A DNA stretch of 64,000 bases from Promethearchaeota archaeon (GCA_048938005.1 JBHLMQ010000002.1:32001-96000); one strand, 5' to 3'; shown: positions 1 through 10,422, numbered from the stretch's first letter. Made by a program: numbers and translations. Notes: generated by a model from the letters alone, not told the origin.

Positions 1-1
1 T

Positions 2-1531
2 GAAGCAATAGTAACATGGAATAACTCTTATTCTACTTATGGGTTGAATGAAACAGGAATTATATATAAAAAGTTTATTATAATCCATGAGTCAATATTG
101 ACTCCTGATGAAAACTACTACGAAGATATTTCTGAAGGTGAAGTAATAAATTTAAAAGTATCATTTAACGATTTGGAAAATTTTGATGCAATACAAGATG
201 CTGAATTATATCTAGATAATTTTCTTGATTCGAGACAGTTTTTTAGTGAGATAAGTCCTGGTTATTACTTTATTGAATTTAATACTACTGGTGGAATTGC
301 TGGCATTAACACATTAACAATTTATGCTAATTCTTCTTTATATACTAATACGCAAGTAAATATTAGTGTTGAATTAATTCTTGAGTTAATCGTCCAACCA
401 ATTGGCTTTGAAGATACAATTGATGCCGAAATGGGCGAAACGATAATTATTCAATTACAATTACTAGATCCTAATACAAATAATAGTATTGAAAATGCAT
501 CTATAACTTATTCATGGAGATATGGAGTAGACTCAATTAATCAAACTAGTCCTGGTATGTATCAAGCAGTTATAATTTTACCTGATAATGTAAAAGGGAA
601 TTACAAATTTGAACTTACAATAATTCCTGAAAATTCAACATATCGAACAACACAATATTCTTTCATTGTTGTAATTAGTGAACCCATTGTTGTTGAAGAC
701 CCGTTTCCAAGCTTTCTATTATGGATAATAATAGGGGTTTTAGTAATTATTGTAAGTGCTTTAGGTTTTGTAAGCTTAAGAACTTATGTATTTATGCCAC
801 GAAAACGTAGAAAAGAATCAGAGTTGCTATCAAAAACTCAACGATTTAAGGACATCAATAATATACAAGCTATTGTAGTAATTCATAAATTAAGTGGGAT
901 ACCCCTTTACTCAAAGAGTTATTCAATTCTAGAGAAACATAAAAAAGAACTATTCTCAGGATTTATTCAGGCCATTACAACAATTGGCGAAGAGTTTTCT
1001 GAAAAAGAAATAACTGAAATAGAACCTACTGAATTAGAAAAAAGTTATGGTGCTGAAAAAGTTATTGAACTGGATTTTAAACAATTCTATTGTCTTATTA
1101 CAGATATAGAAGATATTCGGGTTGTATTTATTCTTAAGGAAAAATCCTCCGAAAGATTGAAAAGTCAAGTTTCTAATCTTGCATTAGCTCTAAATCTAAA
1201 ATTATCTAAAGAGTTAGAAATGTGGAATGGAGCTTTAGATGATTTTGAAATGATAATTCCAAAAATATTAAATGAGTATTTTGAGCTATATTATAAGGAT
1301 TCATTTAAATTAGTGGGTAGTCTAAACCTAATAAAGTTGAAGAAAGAAAGAGCCTTATCAAAAATGGAAATGCGTGTAATAAATGTAGTTCAATCCATGT
1401 CAAAAGATACTAATATTATTGTTAACTTAAATAACATAGTTGAATTAATAAGTGAAGAAAATAAAGATTTAGTTATTGAAGCTATTGAATCATTAATCAG
1501 GCAAAATATTATAATATCTACTAACGATTAG
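2..1531 (+). CDS. 5'-truncated single-pass membrane protein: beta-rich ectodomain, TM helix, cytosolic longin-like domain plus winged-helix-like tail
   Basis: Frame is open from base 2 (EAIVTWNNSYSTYGLNETG), so the true start lies upstream of the window. TM FLLWIIIGVLVIIVSALGFVSL is followed by PRKRRK; longin-type IVVIHKLSGIPLY...LFSGFIQAI. Confidence 0.7.
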   Translation, partial: EAIVTWNNSYSTYGLNETGIIYKKFIIIHESILTPDENYYEDISEGEVINLKVSFNDLENFDAIQDAELYLDNFLDSRQFFSEISPGYYFIEFNTTGGIAGINTLTIYANSSLYTNTQVNISVELILELIVQPIGFEDTIDAEMGETIIIQLQLLDPNTNNSIENASITYSWRYGVDSINQTSPGMYQAVIILPDNVKGNYKFELTIIPENSTYRTTQYSFIVVISEPIVVEDPFPSFLLWIIIGVLVIIVSALGFVSLRTYVFMPRKRRKESELLSKTQRFKDINNIQAIVVIHKLSGIPLYSKSYSILEKHKKELFSGFIQAITTIGEEFSEKEITEIEPTELEKSYGAEKVIELDFKQFYCLITDIEDIRVVFILKEKSSERLKSQVSNLALALNLKLSKELEMWNGALDDFEMIIPKILNEYFELYYKDSFKLVGSLNLIKLKKERALSKMEMRVINVVQSMSKDTNIIVNLNNIVELISEENKDLVIEAIESLIRQNIIISTND

Positions 1532-1584
1532 GGATCATCAAAGTATCAATTTCCAATTTTTTTTTCACTTTTTATATTAACGAT

Positions 1585-2196
1585 ATGAAAAGTCTAAGGT
1601 TTTCTTGTATTAGATGTGGTAATTGCTGTACTGATAAGAATACATTAGTAAATCTTACATATTTAGATATATTAAGAATTAAGAATGGTTTAAATTTAGA
1701 CATTGATGAGATTCTCGATATAATAGGATTTTATATTTTTAATAAACCTTTAACTAAAGAAGATAAAAAGAGAATGATAATAACTCCTATGGAAACCGAA
1801 AGAGGTTTAGCTTTTATAGGGCTTCTCAAAAATAGTTTAGGAGGATGTTATTTCTATGATTCAAAAAATAAAAAGTGTTTAATTTATGAATTGAGACCAA
1901 TGTTTTGTCAAACATTTCCATTTTCGTTTAAGCTGTTGGATGAGAATAAAGATCTAACTAATAACAATATAAATATATTCTACGCGGAAAAAGGCAAACA
2001 ATATTGTCCTGGAATTAAAAATGAAGCACCTCTTATTAATAATGATTATTGGATTAGAATAGGCAGAAGAACTTTAAAAGATCTCAAACAGAATTACAAA
2101 GTAATAAAAAAATGGAATGATTCAGTCAGAAAGGGAAAAATAAAACCGACTACAAAAAAATTTCTTACTACAATTTTTGATTTAAATAATTTTTAG
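1585..2196 (+). CDS. YkgJ-family (CxxCxxCC) cysteine-cluster protein
   Basis: FSCIRCGNCC, CYFY...KCLIYELRPMFCQTFPF, CPG. Confidence 0.85.
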   Translation: MKSLRFSCIRCGNCCTDKNTLVNLTYLDILRIKNGLNLDIDEILDIIGFYIFNKPLTKEDKKRMIITPMETERGLAFIGLLKNSLGGCYFYDSKNKKCLIYELRPMFCQTFPFSFKLLDENKDLTNNNINIFYAEKGKQYCPGIKNEAPLINNDYWIRIGRRTLKDLKQNYKVIKKWNDSVRKGKIKPTTKKFLTTIFDLNNF

Positions 2197-2216
2197 TACT
2201 TTCCTCTTTAAATTAT

Positions 2217-3860
2217 TTAAAAATTCATAGAGGCATATAAGGAACTTGCTAATAATGCCCAATATAACATCTTTAACTCTATTTTATAACCCAGTATATC
2301 TTTACGCCAATTAAAATCATTATCAAGATTTTCCATACTGAAAAAGCTTGTTGAATTTATAATGAAATTTAATAAATTACTGCATAGTTCGGGTTCCTCT
2401 TCCTTTAAATTTAGCAAATCTAAAATTAATAATACTTGTGCTGATTCTGTTATTAAATCACCTACAGAGTTGTTTGGAGTTATTAACTTTTTTATCTCTT
2501 TAATATAAGTTGTTTTAAACTCAATGAGATTTGCTTCTTTTTTCAACAGCTTTATTGATGTTAAATGGTTATATATGTCTAAGGGTGGATTAAATTTATC
2601 CAGCTTTAATAAATTTAAACTAAAAATGATTTTTAAAATAGAATTTTTATCTAAGGTAACCTTTTGCTTTTTTGCTATTAGTTTTAAACTAAGTAGTGAA
2701 TATAAATTCAATTCTAATTTTTCTGGAATGAAATATTCTAAATTTGATTTGAGAAAGTTTTCAATAACGGGAAGATCAATTAAATCGGTATTGTTTAATA
2801 AATCCAACTCTGAAAGAATCGCTAGTCCAAAAAAGATATTTTTTGGATCTGGCATATTGACTTTTGATGAACTAAATATTTTTCCAAAGACAAAATTCTT
2901 TAAAATTTCAAATATTTCTGTATTAGTAAAAGGAAATTCAATATTTAACATTTTTAGGATAGAAACAAAAAAATACAGATTCTCTAAATCAAAAAAATTT
3001 TGGTTTACTACTTTTGAGTTTATTAAATTCACCTTATCAATTTTGAATTGATCACTTATACTTGTTTGAATGGGTGTAAATTGTCCGAAATAATCAAGGA
3101 AAGTGTCAGTCTCAGTTTCAATGGGGGCCTGTTCACCTTTCTGAGGTATAATTTTAGTTTGAGAAGCTATTTCTTTTGAAATCAATTCTCTATCTAGATC
3201 TACTATTGACGATTTTAATAGATCTTTCTTAGGTGTTTTTAATGTTTCAATTATATCTTGTTTAGCTTCCCGTAATTCTGTTAATATATTCAATTCTGAA
3301 ATTTTTTTTTTTGATTCAATAGTTAAATCCGTGAAATTAATATAATTATCATAATTTAGTTGTTTGAACATTTCTTTATTGTTTGGAACAGTAAAATACT
3401 TCTTTTTAAACTCATTTAGTTTTGAAATAAAATTCGGTGGTATTAATTCAAATAAATTTACATTCTCTAGTTTTTTAGTATCAATATCAAGGAGATATTC
3501 AAATAGAATTTCGAATAGTATTTTATTCACATTATTCTTTAAGTAAACCTCAAAATAAGAATTATAATTTTGATATTCTGTTGTATCTTTACTCAAAGAG
3601 TTTATAAAATTATTTTGATTTTCATTTAATATATCTATTGGTACACCAATAGTGTTTAAGCCTGTTTTAATTGCTTTTAGCATCTTATCAAGAGAGCTTT
3701 TTAAATGCTTTTTACTTTCTTTTTGAGTCTTTTTGTTTAAATCAATTTTTTTGTAGGCAATAAGATCTTTTAAGTAGGAATAACTTTTTTCGTAATAATC
3801 TAAAATCTCATTTCTCAACGTTGCTAAAAAATCAGTTAGAATATCTGCAATCTCTTTCAT
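2217..3860 (-). CDS. hypothetical protein, helical C-terminal half (possibly a degenerate prenyltransferase-type alpha/alpha repeat)
   Basis: 547-aa ORF; Leu-rich helical repeats such as NIFFGLAILSEL and MLYWALLAS; no catalytic motif recognised. Confidence 0.55.
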   Translation of the reverse strand: MKEIADILTDFLATLRNEILDYYEKSYSYLKDLIAYKKIDLNKKTQKESKKHLKSSLDKMLKAIKTGLNTIGVPIDILNENQNNFINSLSKDTTEYQNYNSYFEVYLKNNVNKILFEILFEYLLDIDTKKLENVNLFELIPPNFISKLNEFKKKYFTVPNNKEMFKQLNYDNYINFTDLTIESKKKISELNILTELREAKQDIIETLKTPKKDLLKSSIVDLDRELISKEIASQTKIIPQKGEQAPIETETDTFLDYFGQFTPIQTSISDQFKIDKVNLINSKVVNQNFFDLENLYFFVSILKMLNIEFPFTNTEIFEILKNFVFGKIFSSSKVNMPDPKNIFFGLAILSELDLLNNTDLIDLPVIENFLKSNLEYFIPEKLELNLYSLLSLKLIAKKQKVTLDKNSILKIIFSLNLLKLDKFNPPLDIYNHLTSIKLLKKEANLIEFKTTYIKEIKKLITPNNSVGDLITESAQVLLILDLLNLKEEEPELCSNLLNFIINSTSFFSMENLDNDFNWRKDILGYKIELKMLYWALLASSLYASMNF

Positions 3861-3880
3861 GTCTTAAAAATTTTATTGTA

Positions 3881-3933
3881 TTCAATAATATATATTGAAA
3901 GTTATATCCAATAATATATATTGAAAGTTATAT
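3881..3933. repeat. 25-bp direct repeat x2 containing an inverted repeat, between divergent genes
   Basis: CAATAATATATATTGAAAGTTATAT at 3883-3907 and 3909-3933; TTCAATA-N5-TATTGAA at 3881-3899. Confidence 0.85.
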
Positions 3934-3966
3934 ATCAATATTATTATTTATATTATAACGAATATT

Positions 3967-4731
3967 ATGAGTTTTTGTTTCATGGACAAGTGGTCTAACT
4001 TTAATCATATTGCAGAAGATTACCATTCGAAACGAAAAAAACCATGGCGACCGCTTGAGTTTTTTTTAAAACATTTAAAGAATAGGGGTTATATTTTTAA
4101 GGGGATTATTTTAGATTTGGGGTGCGCTAATGGGAGAAATTTTGAATTAATCAGTATACCTCCTAATAAATTAATAGGAATAGATCTCTCTTTTGAATTA
4201 TTAAAGATAGCTAGATCAAATTTAAAGTATAATTCGCAATATTCTCAATTTGAATCTAACTTTATTCAACTTATACTTGGAGACATAGTTAATCTTCCTA
4301 TAAGAAAAAGATCAATGGATACCATTTTCTCAATTGCAACAATACATCATATAAAGAAAAAATCTGAGAGAGAAAGAGTAATAGCTCAAATACATGAACT
4401 ATTAAGGGAAAATGGGAGTCTTATTCTTACAGTATGGCGCAAGTGGCAAAAAAAATTTAGAAGCTATTTCATTTTAGAATGGTTTAAAAGAAACTTTTCT
4501 ATTAAATTTAAAAAACAGCAAAAACTTATTGGTCTAGAAGAATTTGGGGATAAATTTGTCCCTTGGACACTCTCAAAAGAACGTAAAACATATAACAGGT
4601 TCTATCACTTTTTTTCTAAATATGAACTTAAAAAACTGTTGAAGGCTTTTAATATTATCGAGTTGCATATAACAGGTGGTCCTAATAATAGAGATAACTT
4701 TTTTATTTTTGCTCGTAAATCCATAAATTAA
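3967..4731 (+). CDS. class I SAM-dependent methyltransferase, Trm9/ALKBH8-like
   Basis: ILDLGCANGRN, IGIDLS, SIATIHHI, LTVW, VPW...RFYHFF. Confidence 0.75.
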   Translation: MSFCFMDKWSNFNHIAEDYHSKRKKPWRPLEFFLKHLKNRGYIFKGIILDLGCANGRNFELISIPPNKLIGIDLSFELLKIARSNLKYNSQYSQFESNFIQLILGDIVNLPIRKRSMDTIFSIATIHHIKKKSERERVIAQIHELLRENGSLILTVWRKWQKKFRSYFILEWFKRNFSIKFKKQQKLIGLEEFGDKFVPWTLSKERKTYNRFYHFFSKYELKKLLKAFNIIELHITGGPNNRDNFFIFARKSIN

Positions 4732-5219
4732 TGGCATACTATTGAATTATAAGAATTCAATATATATGGTTTAAAATCTTCGTACTTATCATCAATTACT
4801 GACGCATGAATGTTAAAGAGCCTCTCAGTAATGTCGCAATAGAATATACAATGTATTACTTTTTCATGATAATATCTTTTTCTTATCATTTTATTTCGAT
4901 GACCGTACCAAAATGTTATTTCATGGCTCATTAACCAATCTCTCTCCTTTTTTGTAACAACAATATTAATGGCATTATATGTTGCGATACTACTTTCAAC
5001 TTCTTTATAATAAAAAAGACTTGCTCTCTCTTTTTTTTCCCAGCTCACTTCCAATTTTGAATTTGATCCCCATATCTCGTCATACTCGTCTTGTGAATGT
5101 AAAATAATAAACCCTTGACTCTCATTGCCATTATATTCTATCTCTCGATACCAAATTGGCATTTTATTAATTATGATTCCACATTCTGGTTTATTATAGA
5201 CGAAATAATTATATTCCAT
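4728..5219 (-). CDS. hypothetical protein
   Basis: 163-aa ATG ORF filling the gap, stop overlaps the convergent gene. Confidence 0.6.
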   Translation of the reverse strand: MEYNYFVYNKPECGIIINKMPIWYREIEYNGNESQGFIILHSQDEYDEIWGSNSKLEVSWEKKERASLFYYKEVESSIATYNAINIVVTKKERDWLMSHEITFWYGHRNKMIRKRYYHEKVIHCIFYCDITERLFNIHASVIDDKYEDFKPYILNSYNSIVCH

Positions 5220-5364
5220 ATCATTTCCCGCTTGCGTATTTTTATTTCAAGAAATCGAATTATTTCTAAAATAAATTTATTGTTTATAAAATTTCTGTTC
5301 AAACGAAATTTATTTTAAGCTAATTTCCAATTGTTTAAAAGAGAATTCTTAAGAAGTTAGAAAT

Positions 5365-5952
5365 TTATTTTATTAATTCTTTTCCTTCATCAATCCATTT
5401 TTGTAGTCTTTGTAGAGATACACCTGTTATTAATGCTGCTAATTCTTCAGGATTTTCTTTGCATAATTCTTCTACGTTGTTAACCCCAAGTTGAATAAAT
5501 TTTTTCGCTGTTGTAGCTCCTAATCCAGATAATTCTGTTAGAGGGATGCCTGCAGCTTCTAGCTTAACTTTTTCTATTTTTGTTGGTTTTACTTTTTGTT
5601 TCTTTTTATGTTTTGGAACAGGTTTAGCTGGAGCTACTTTAGGTTTTACTACTCTTTTTACTTTTGGTTTTTCTACTTTTGGTTTAAATGGTGTTTTCTT
5701 TTTCTCTTTTTTAACAAATGGTTCTCTTTTTTTACTCTTTTTCTTTGGAACTTCAATTGGTTTTAATTTTTCAATGTTTTCAGCATAAATTGATTTTCTG
5801 AAATAATCGATTTTAATATTCAAATTCTCTAAGAATTTAATTGTCTTTCCAGCTTGTTTAATTTCATTTAGGGAAAACCCTTCACCTTCTCTTAAATGAG
5901 CATCTTTAGAGGGACTTTTTACCATAGCAATAAGTTTTTGTTTACTCTCCAT
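5365..5952 (-). CDS. rpl13e: ribosomal protein eL13 (L13e) with Lys/Pro-rich linker and C-terminal helix-hairpin-helix domain
   Basis: REGEGFSLNEIKQAG...IDYFRKS...ENIEKL resembles the eL13 core RxGRGFSLxELKxAG; HhH LSGLGATTAKKFIQLGV. Confidence 0.75.
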   Translation of the reverse strand: MESKQKLIAMVKSPSKDAHLREGEGFSLNEIKQAGKTIKFLENLNIKIDYFRKSIYAENIEKLKPIEVPKKKSKKREPFVKKEKKKTPFKPKVEKPKVKRVVKPKVAPAKPVPKHKKKQKVKPTKIEKVKLEAAGIPLTELSGLGATTAKKFIQLGVNNVEELCKENPEELAALITGVSLQRLQKWIDEGKELIK

Positions 5953-6055
5953 GATAAAATCATCTAAAATTTAAAATGTAATTTTGATAAATCTCTAACG
6001 CATTTATTTTTTTCTATTTAGAGATAGGGAGAGTCTAATTTTTATAAATTGGCTC

Positions 6056-6763
6056 TTAAATTTTTATAATATCAAGCTGCTCTAACTTTTTTAAAATATC
6101 ATTTATTTCAATACGTTTTCTACTAAGATTTCTGGAAATTTTTAAAGGAGAATTCTTGGCATTGCATTGTAAAGCTACCTGGAAATCAAAATCTGTTATC
6201 ATTCCCATAGATAGAACTTTTTCTAACACACTTTTGACTACCAATAATTTTGGGAAAACTTCAGCTATGCGCCCTCCAATTGTAAGATTTTCAATATCTG
6301 CAACTAATGTATGAAATCTACTTTTATCAGTAGTAGCTCTGAAAGTTTTAAGATCAGATTGATGTTTTTTCCAAAAACGATTTGCAATTTTATGAATTAT
6401 TTCTTCAATTTTATCAGAGTTATCGTCCGCATCTGAAATAGAGCAGAAGAGTATCCTTGATAAAGGATGATAATAAATAAAAATAATTGAATCTTCAGAC
6501 TCTAAAACTCTATCCATCTCATCTACCCTTCTTCCTTTAGACATCGCCTCTTGAATTACATCAATTGTTGTATTAATTGCATTAAAAAACCCAGTTAAAA
6601 TATCGTCTTGAATTTTCTTTAATTCTCTGAATGTTGATTCTAAAATAGATATCCCGTTATCTGCATCTATGAGAAAAATCTTATATATAATGTATATCCC
6701 CAACCTACTGTTTTCATGAAATAATATACGTTTCTTTTTAATAAAAAAATAAAAATATATCAA
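6056..6763 (-). CDS. longin-like domain plus C-terminal winged-helix protein (start uncertain)
   Basis: IFLIDADNGISIL...ILTGFFNAI; C-terminal SPLKISRNL...INDILKKLEQLDII. Confidence 0.6.
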   Translation of the reverse strand: MIYFYFFIKKKRILFHENSRLGIYIIYKIFLIDADNGISILESTFRELKKIQDDILTGFFNAINTTIDVIQEAMSKGRRVDEMDRVLESEDSIIFIYYHPLSRILFCSISDADDNSDKIEEIIHKIANRFWKKHQSDLKTFRATTDKSRFHTLVADIENLTIGGRIAEVFPKLLVVKSVLEKVLSMGMITDFDFQVALQCNAKNSPLKISRNLSRKRIEINDILKKLEQLDIIKI

Positions 6764-6814
6764 AATAAAACTATGTAAAATTTAATTTATGAATATGATA
6801 ATAATAAATTATAA

Positions 6815-7402
6815 GTGATGAGGTCATCCCAGCCAAGAAAGATCATTTTGAAAGTACCAAGGTTCCAAAGGATAAAAAATAATTTGAGAACCATTCTCAG
6901 ATTGGCTTATTTGGACGAACATAAAAGCCTTTCAAATAAAATAGATTTTTATCAAAAAAAGTATATTCAAAATAATTGTTGGCTTACTCCATCTCAGCTT
7001 AAAAGGAAAATATTTATTACCCATGCTTACACTAGCCTTGGTTAAGAATGTCAGAAATCGATTTTAGTTTGTTCTAGAGAGGTAGCATGCCTATCATATA
7101 AAAAAATGGTAAGCAAAGGAGTAATAGAACCTTCTGACCGACCGATCAACCTTAATATGGTATGGGTTCCTCATAATAGTGCCTGGTATTGTACAGAATG
7201 TTATGAATGATATTATAAAGTAAAAGTATGTGAGCAATGCTATAAATTTGATGAAAATTCAGTAGAGATTTTGGAATGTTATATATGCAATAGATATCTA
7301 TGTGGATCCTGTCAAAAATTTTGCCCTGATTGTAGAGAATCATATTGTTATCAAAGTTATTTCGACCATCTAGATAATAAGAAATGTCGTTTTAAAGATT
7401 AA
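6815..7402 (+). pseudogene. interrupted Cys-rich zinc-finger gene with two in-frame stops
   Basis: One frame continues past TAA 7043-7045 and TGA 7208-7210: ...NMVWVPHNSAWYCTECYE*YYKVKVCEQC...CYIC..LCGSC..FCPDC..YC...DH, ending TAA 7400-7402. Confidence 0.6.
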
Positions 7403-7508
7403 AATTCATGCTTTTGAATTCTTATATTACTTTTTCTTAATGGTTAAAATTAAAAATAGAGATTTTTATTTCTAATGCAAATAATATTAAAGTTCTATGG
7501 TTTGAAAT

Positions 7509-8762
7509 ATGAAAATTAAAGTTGCTTTTGTTTTTTTGTACTTTCTTATTTTTCCATCCATTAATACAATAGGTATGACTCTGCTCACACCACCTAATGC
7601 AATTATAGCGTATCCTAATTTATCCCTTTCTGGTGAAGGCGTTTCTAATTACAATATTTCCCAGAGTGTAACTTATGAAGTAGTAATCAATTTTACTCTA
7701 ACTCATAAATCCGGGGTAGGATTATATTGCTTTAAATTTGCAAGACTCAATACTCGCATGCCAAATTCATCATTAACCCAGTATTGTCCACCTTATCAAG
7801 AGAGTGTATGTAATTTTAGTAAAATAACCAATAATATACCTGGTCAAATTAAAGAAGGCCATCATGATAAATTTAACAATACATATGATTCGTTTAATGC
7901 TTCTCTCTCGATTGATGCAAGTGTCACATATGACATAAAATATTATGTAAAGTTGAATAGCATTTACTTTCAAGATATTGAGGATACGGATATTGGCGTG
8001 TATAACACTTCTGATGAGATTTTTAATTTATATTGTAACAACTCTGAACCTTATTATGAACGAGATGATGCATCATTAATTAGTCAATCTAATAGTATTG
8101 TAAGTCCTAGTGATAATCCTGTTGAAAAAGCTGAAAAGATTTGTAATTGGGTTTCAAATTATTTAACATATAATAAAACTATGCCTATTCAAGAAAAAGG
8201 AGCTCTATGGGCTTACAATCATCAGCAAGGTGATTGCAGTGAATATTCAAGTTTAATGGTTACCCTATTACGAATTCAAGGGATACCTGCTCGTAAAGTT
8301 ACTGGATTCTTAGTATCAGATGATCCCACAATTAGGCCTAAACCAGGAGATTCTTGGAATTTCTATACGAATAATTTGATTACAACAATATTAGGGCATG
8401 CATGGATCGAGTATTATGTCGCTGATATCGGTTGGATTGCGTGTGATCCTACTTGGAATAAAATAACAAATTACTTTAATAGAATTGATTTTATTAGATT
8501 TAATTTAAATGTAGGGGCAAACTTCTTTTTTCCACCTTCTGATACTGTGAGTGAATTCGGGAATCCTATTATTGGATATATATATGGTGATACATATCTC
8601 TATAATTATAATGTAAAAATAACTGTTCTTGAATCAAATCTAGCTCCTTTAAGTCCATTTCCTATATTTTTTGTTATTTTTATTGTAGCAGGTTCAGCTG
8701 TTATTTTAATTGCGGTTGTTCTATTATTGAAAAGGGGAAGTAAAAAAAAAATTTCTTATTAA
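7509..8762 (+). CDS. exported, membrane-anchored transglutaminase-like protein
   Basis: Signal peptide; Cys-His-Asp triad motifs GDCSEY, GHAW, CDPTW; C-terminal TM plus KRGSKKK. Confidence 0.85.
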   Translation: MKIKVAFVFLYFLIFPSINTIGMTLLTPPNAIIAYPNLSLSGEGVSNYNISQSVTYEVVINFTLTHKSGVGLYCFKFARLNTRMPNSSLTQYCPPYQESVCNFSKITNNIPGQIKEGHHDKFNNTYDSFNASLSIDASVTYDIKYYVKLNSIYFQDIEDTDIGVYNTSDEIFNLYCNNSEPYYERDDASLISQSNSIVSPSDNPVEKAEKICNWVSNYLTYNKTMPIQEKGALWAYNHQQGDCSEYSSLMVTLLRIQGIPARKVTGFLVSDDPTIRPKPGDSWNFYTNNLITTILGHAWIEYYVADIGWIACDPTWNKITNYFNRIDFIRFNLNVGANFFFPPSDTVSEFGNPIIGYIYGDTYLYNYNVKITVLESNLAPLSPFPIFFVIFIVAGSAVILIAVVLLLKRGSKKKISY

Positions 8763-8798
8763 AATTAAAAATTCTTACTTTTTTTCTATCTTTAAATT

Positions 8799-10262
8799 TC
8801 ATATGTAAGTATGAATTAAATCAATGAGGTTCTTGGAGAAGTTAGGTAAATTTTTCTCAATTTTATCAATTTCTAAAGATTTCTCCAGAAATAGAAGTAA
8901 ATACAAATTGTATTTCTCAACAGTTATTTTTTTAAAGATAACTTTTTTAGACTCCTCAGAAATTCCGGAAGATACTATAAAATCTTGTTCTAACAATTTA
9001 AATTCTTTAAAAGTAGAATATAAATTTTTAAAATATGGGGCTGAAATTTCAAAAACTTTTCCAGAAATATCGGTTTTTGAGAAATTAGATAATATTATGC
9101 CATTTTCATTAAGTAACAATATAGCATCTGAATTTGTTTTTTTAGCAAACTTTTTTAATTGATTTCTAAATAATTCACGATTAGGACTTAATTGAGATAA
9201 ACCAAAAGAATATGCTGAAATAAGGCTCCAATGATCAAAGATACTTGTCTGGAAAATTTTAATAAAAAATCTCTCAGTATTTTTATTGATTTCATCTGCA
9301 ATTACTTCTAAGTTTTTGAAAATCTCTTTAGATCCTTTAAGATCAGGATCAAATTTATGTAGACAAAGTACAATAGGAGGGAATTCATCTAATTCTATTA
9401 AGGAGTTTAAAATTGTACCAAATAAATTTAAAGCTTCATCTATTCTTTCTAGATCTTGAATATCAATGAAAAAAAACAACAAATCAATATTATATAAATA
9501 AATTTTACTTTGTTCAAGAAATTTTTCTCGATATTTTTCTTGTCCACCTATATCCCATATCGAAATGGTTGTGTTTTGCTCTTCAAAAATATTTTCTTCT
9601 TTTCTGTCTACACCCTTAGTTGGTAAGACTTTTATGATTTCGGAATATTTTTTTTGGATTCCTAAAAAAAAACTTGATTTCCCTGCCCTATCTAATCCTG
9701 TTAGCAGGATTTTAATTTGTCGTCTGGTTGAAAGTGGATCTTTTAATTCTTTTGTAAATTCAAATAATTCCTCTCTTAATTCATCCATAATATTTTTTCG
9801 TTCACTATGACTCTTGTTAAGTTGAATTTGCGAAGCAGCTTTATCAATTATGATTCTTAAATATTTCATATTTTCATAGAAAAAGACCCTATCACTCTCA
9901 TCAATTAACACTGTAATAGTTGCTGCTAAAGCTTTACCACGAGCTTTTGGATCAGGTATAAGGAAAAAATAAGTTAATCCATTTAATTTTATGTCAGGAA
10001 AAGGTAATATTCCAAAATAATTTACACCCTCTGTTCCTACACCATTTTGATATTTACTATCTCCCATCAAAAGTGAAATTGTCTTCATAGCGATAAGGAG
10101 CCCTGCGTTTTCATCTAAATCATTTGGCCAAAAAATCTTTGGTACAGGTCCATTTTCATCAAAAATGCTTAAAACGATTGCTTTGATAATATCTGATTTG
10201 AACTCCCCTATTTTTTCTTCAGTTGGTTTATTTTTCTTTGGTTTAGCTTTTGTTTTTGTCAA
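8799..10262 (-). CDS. FLCN/SMCR8-type longin (uDENN) domain + Rag/Arf-like GTPase + roadblock domain
   Basis: SIFDENGPVP and DPKARG in the N-domain; G1 GLDRAGKS, G2 PT, G3 WDIGGQ, G4 HKFD, G5 TSIFD; roadblock AILLLNENGIILS. Confidence 0.85.
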   Translation of the reverse strand: MTKTKAKPKKNKPTEEKIGEFKSDIIKAIVLSIFDENGPVPKIFWPNDLDENAGLLIAMKTISLLMGDSKYQNGVGTEGVNYFGILPFPDIKLNGLTYFFLIPDPKARGKALAATITVLIDESDRVFFYENMKYLRIIIDKAASQIQLNKSHSERKNIMDELREELFEFTKELKDPLSTRRQIKILLTGLDRAGKSSFFLGIQKKYSEIIKVLPTKGVDRKEENIFEEQNTTISIWDIGGQEKYREKFLEQSKIYLYNIDLLFFFIDIQDLERIDEALNLFGTILNSLIELDEFPPIVLCLHKFDPDLKGSKEIFKNLEVIADEINKNTERFFIKIFQTSIFDHWSLISAYSFGLSQLSPNRELFRNQLKKFAKKTNSDAILLLNENGIILSNFSKTDISGKVFEISAPYFKNLYSTFKEFKLLEQDFIVSSGISEESKKVIFKKITVEKYNLYLLLFLEKSLEIDKIEKNLPNFSKNLIDLIHTYI

Positions 10263-10422
10263 AGAATCCCCATTTTTTTAGTTGGAAGCTTTTAATATAT
10301 TAAAAGTTCAATATAACTTTTATTTAGAAATAATATAAAATCTTAATATTACTTTACTATATTCAAAAAAATCATTATTATTAAATACTTTTTTTACCAA
10401 AATTCTAAAGAATTTCCAGAAT

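Noticed and set aside
7208-7210. Selenocysteine codon
   Set aside because: The TGA is not at a CxxC position, the same frame also has a TAA, and I could not identify a SECIS-like hairpin.
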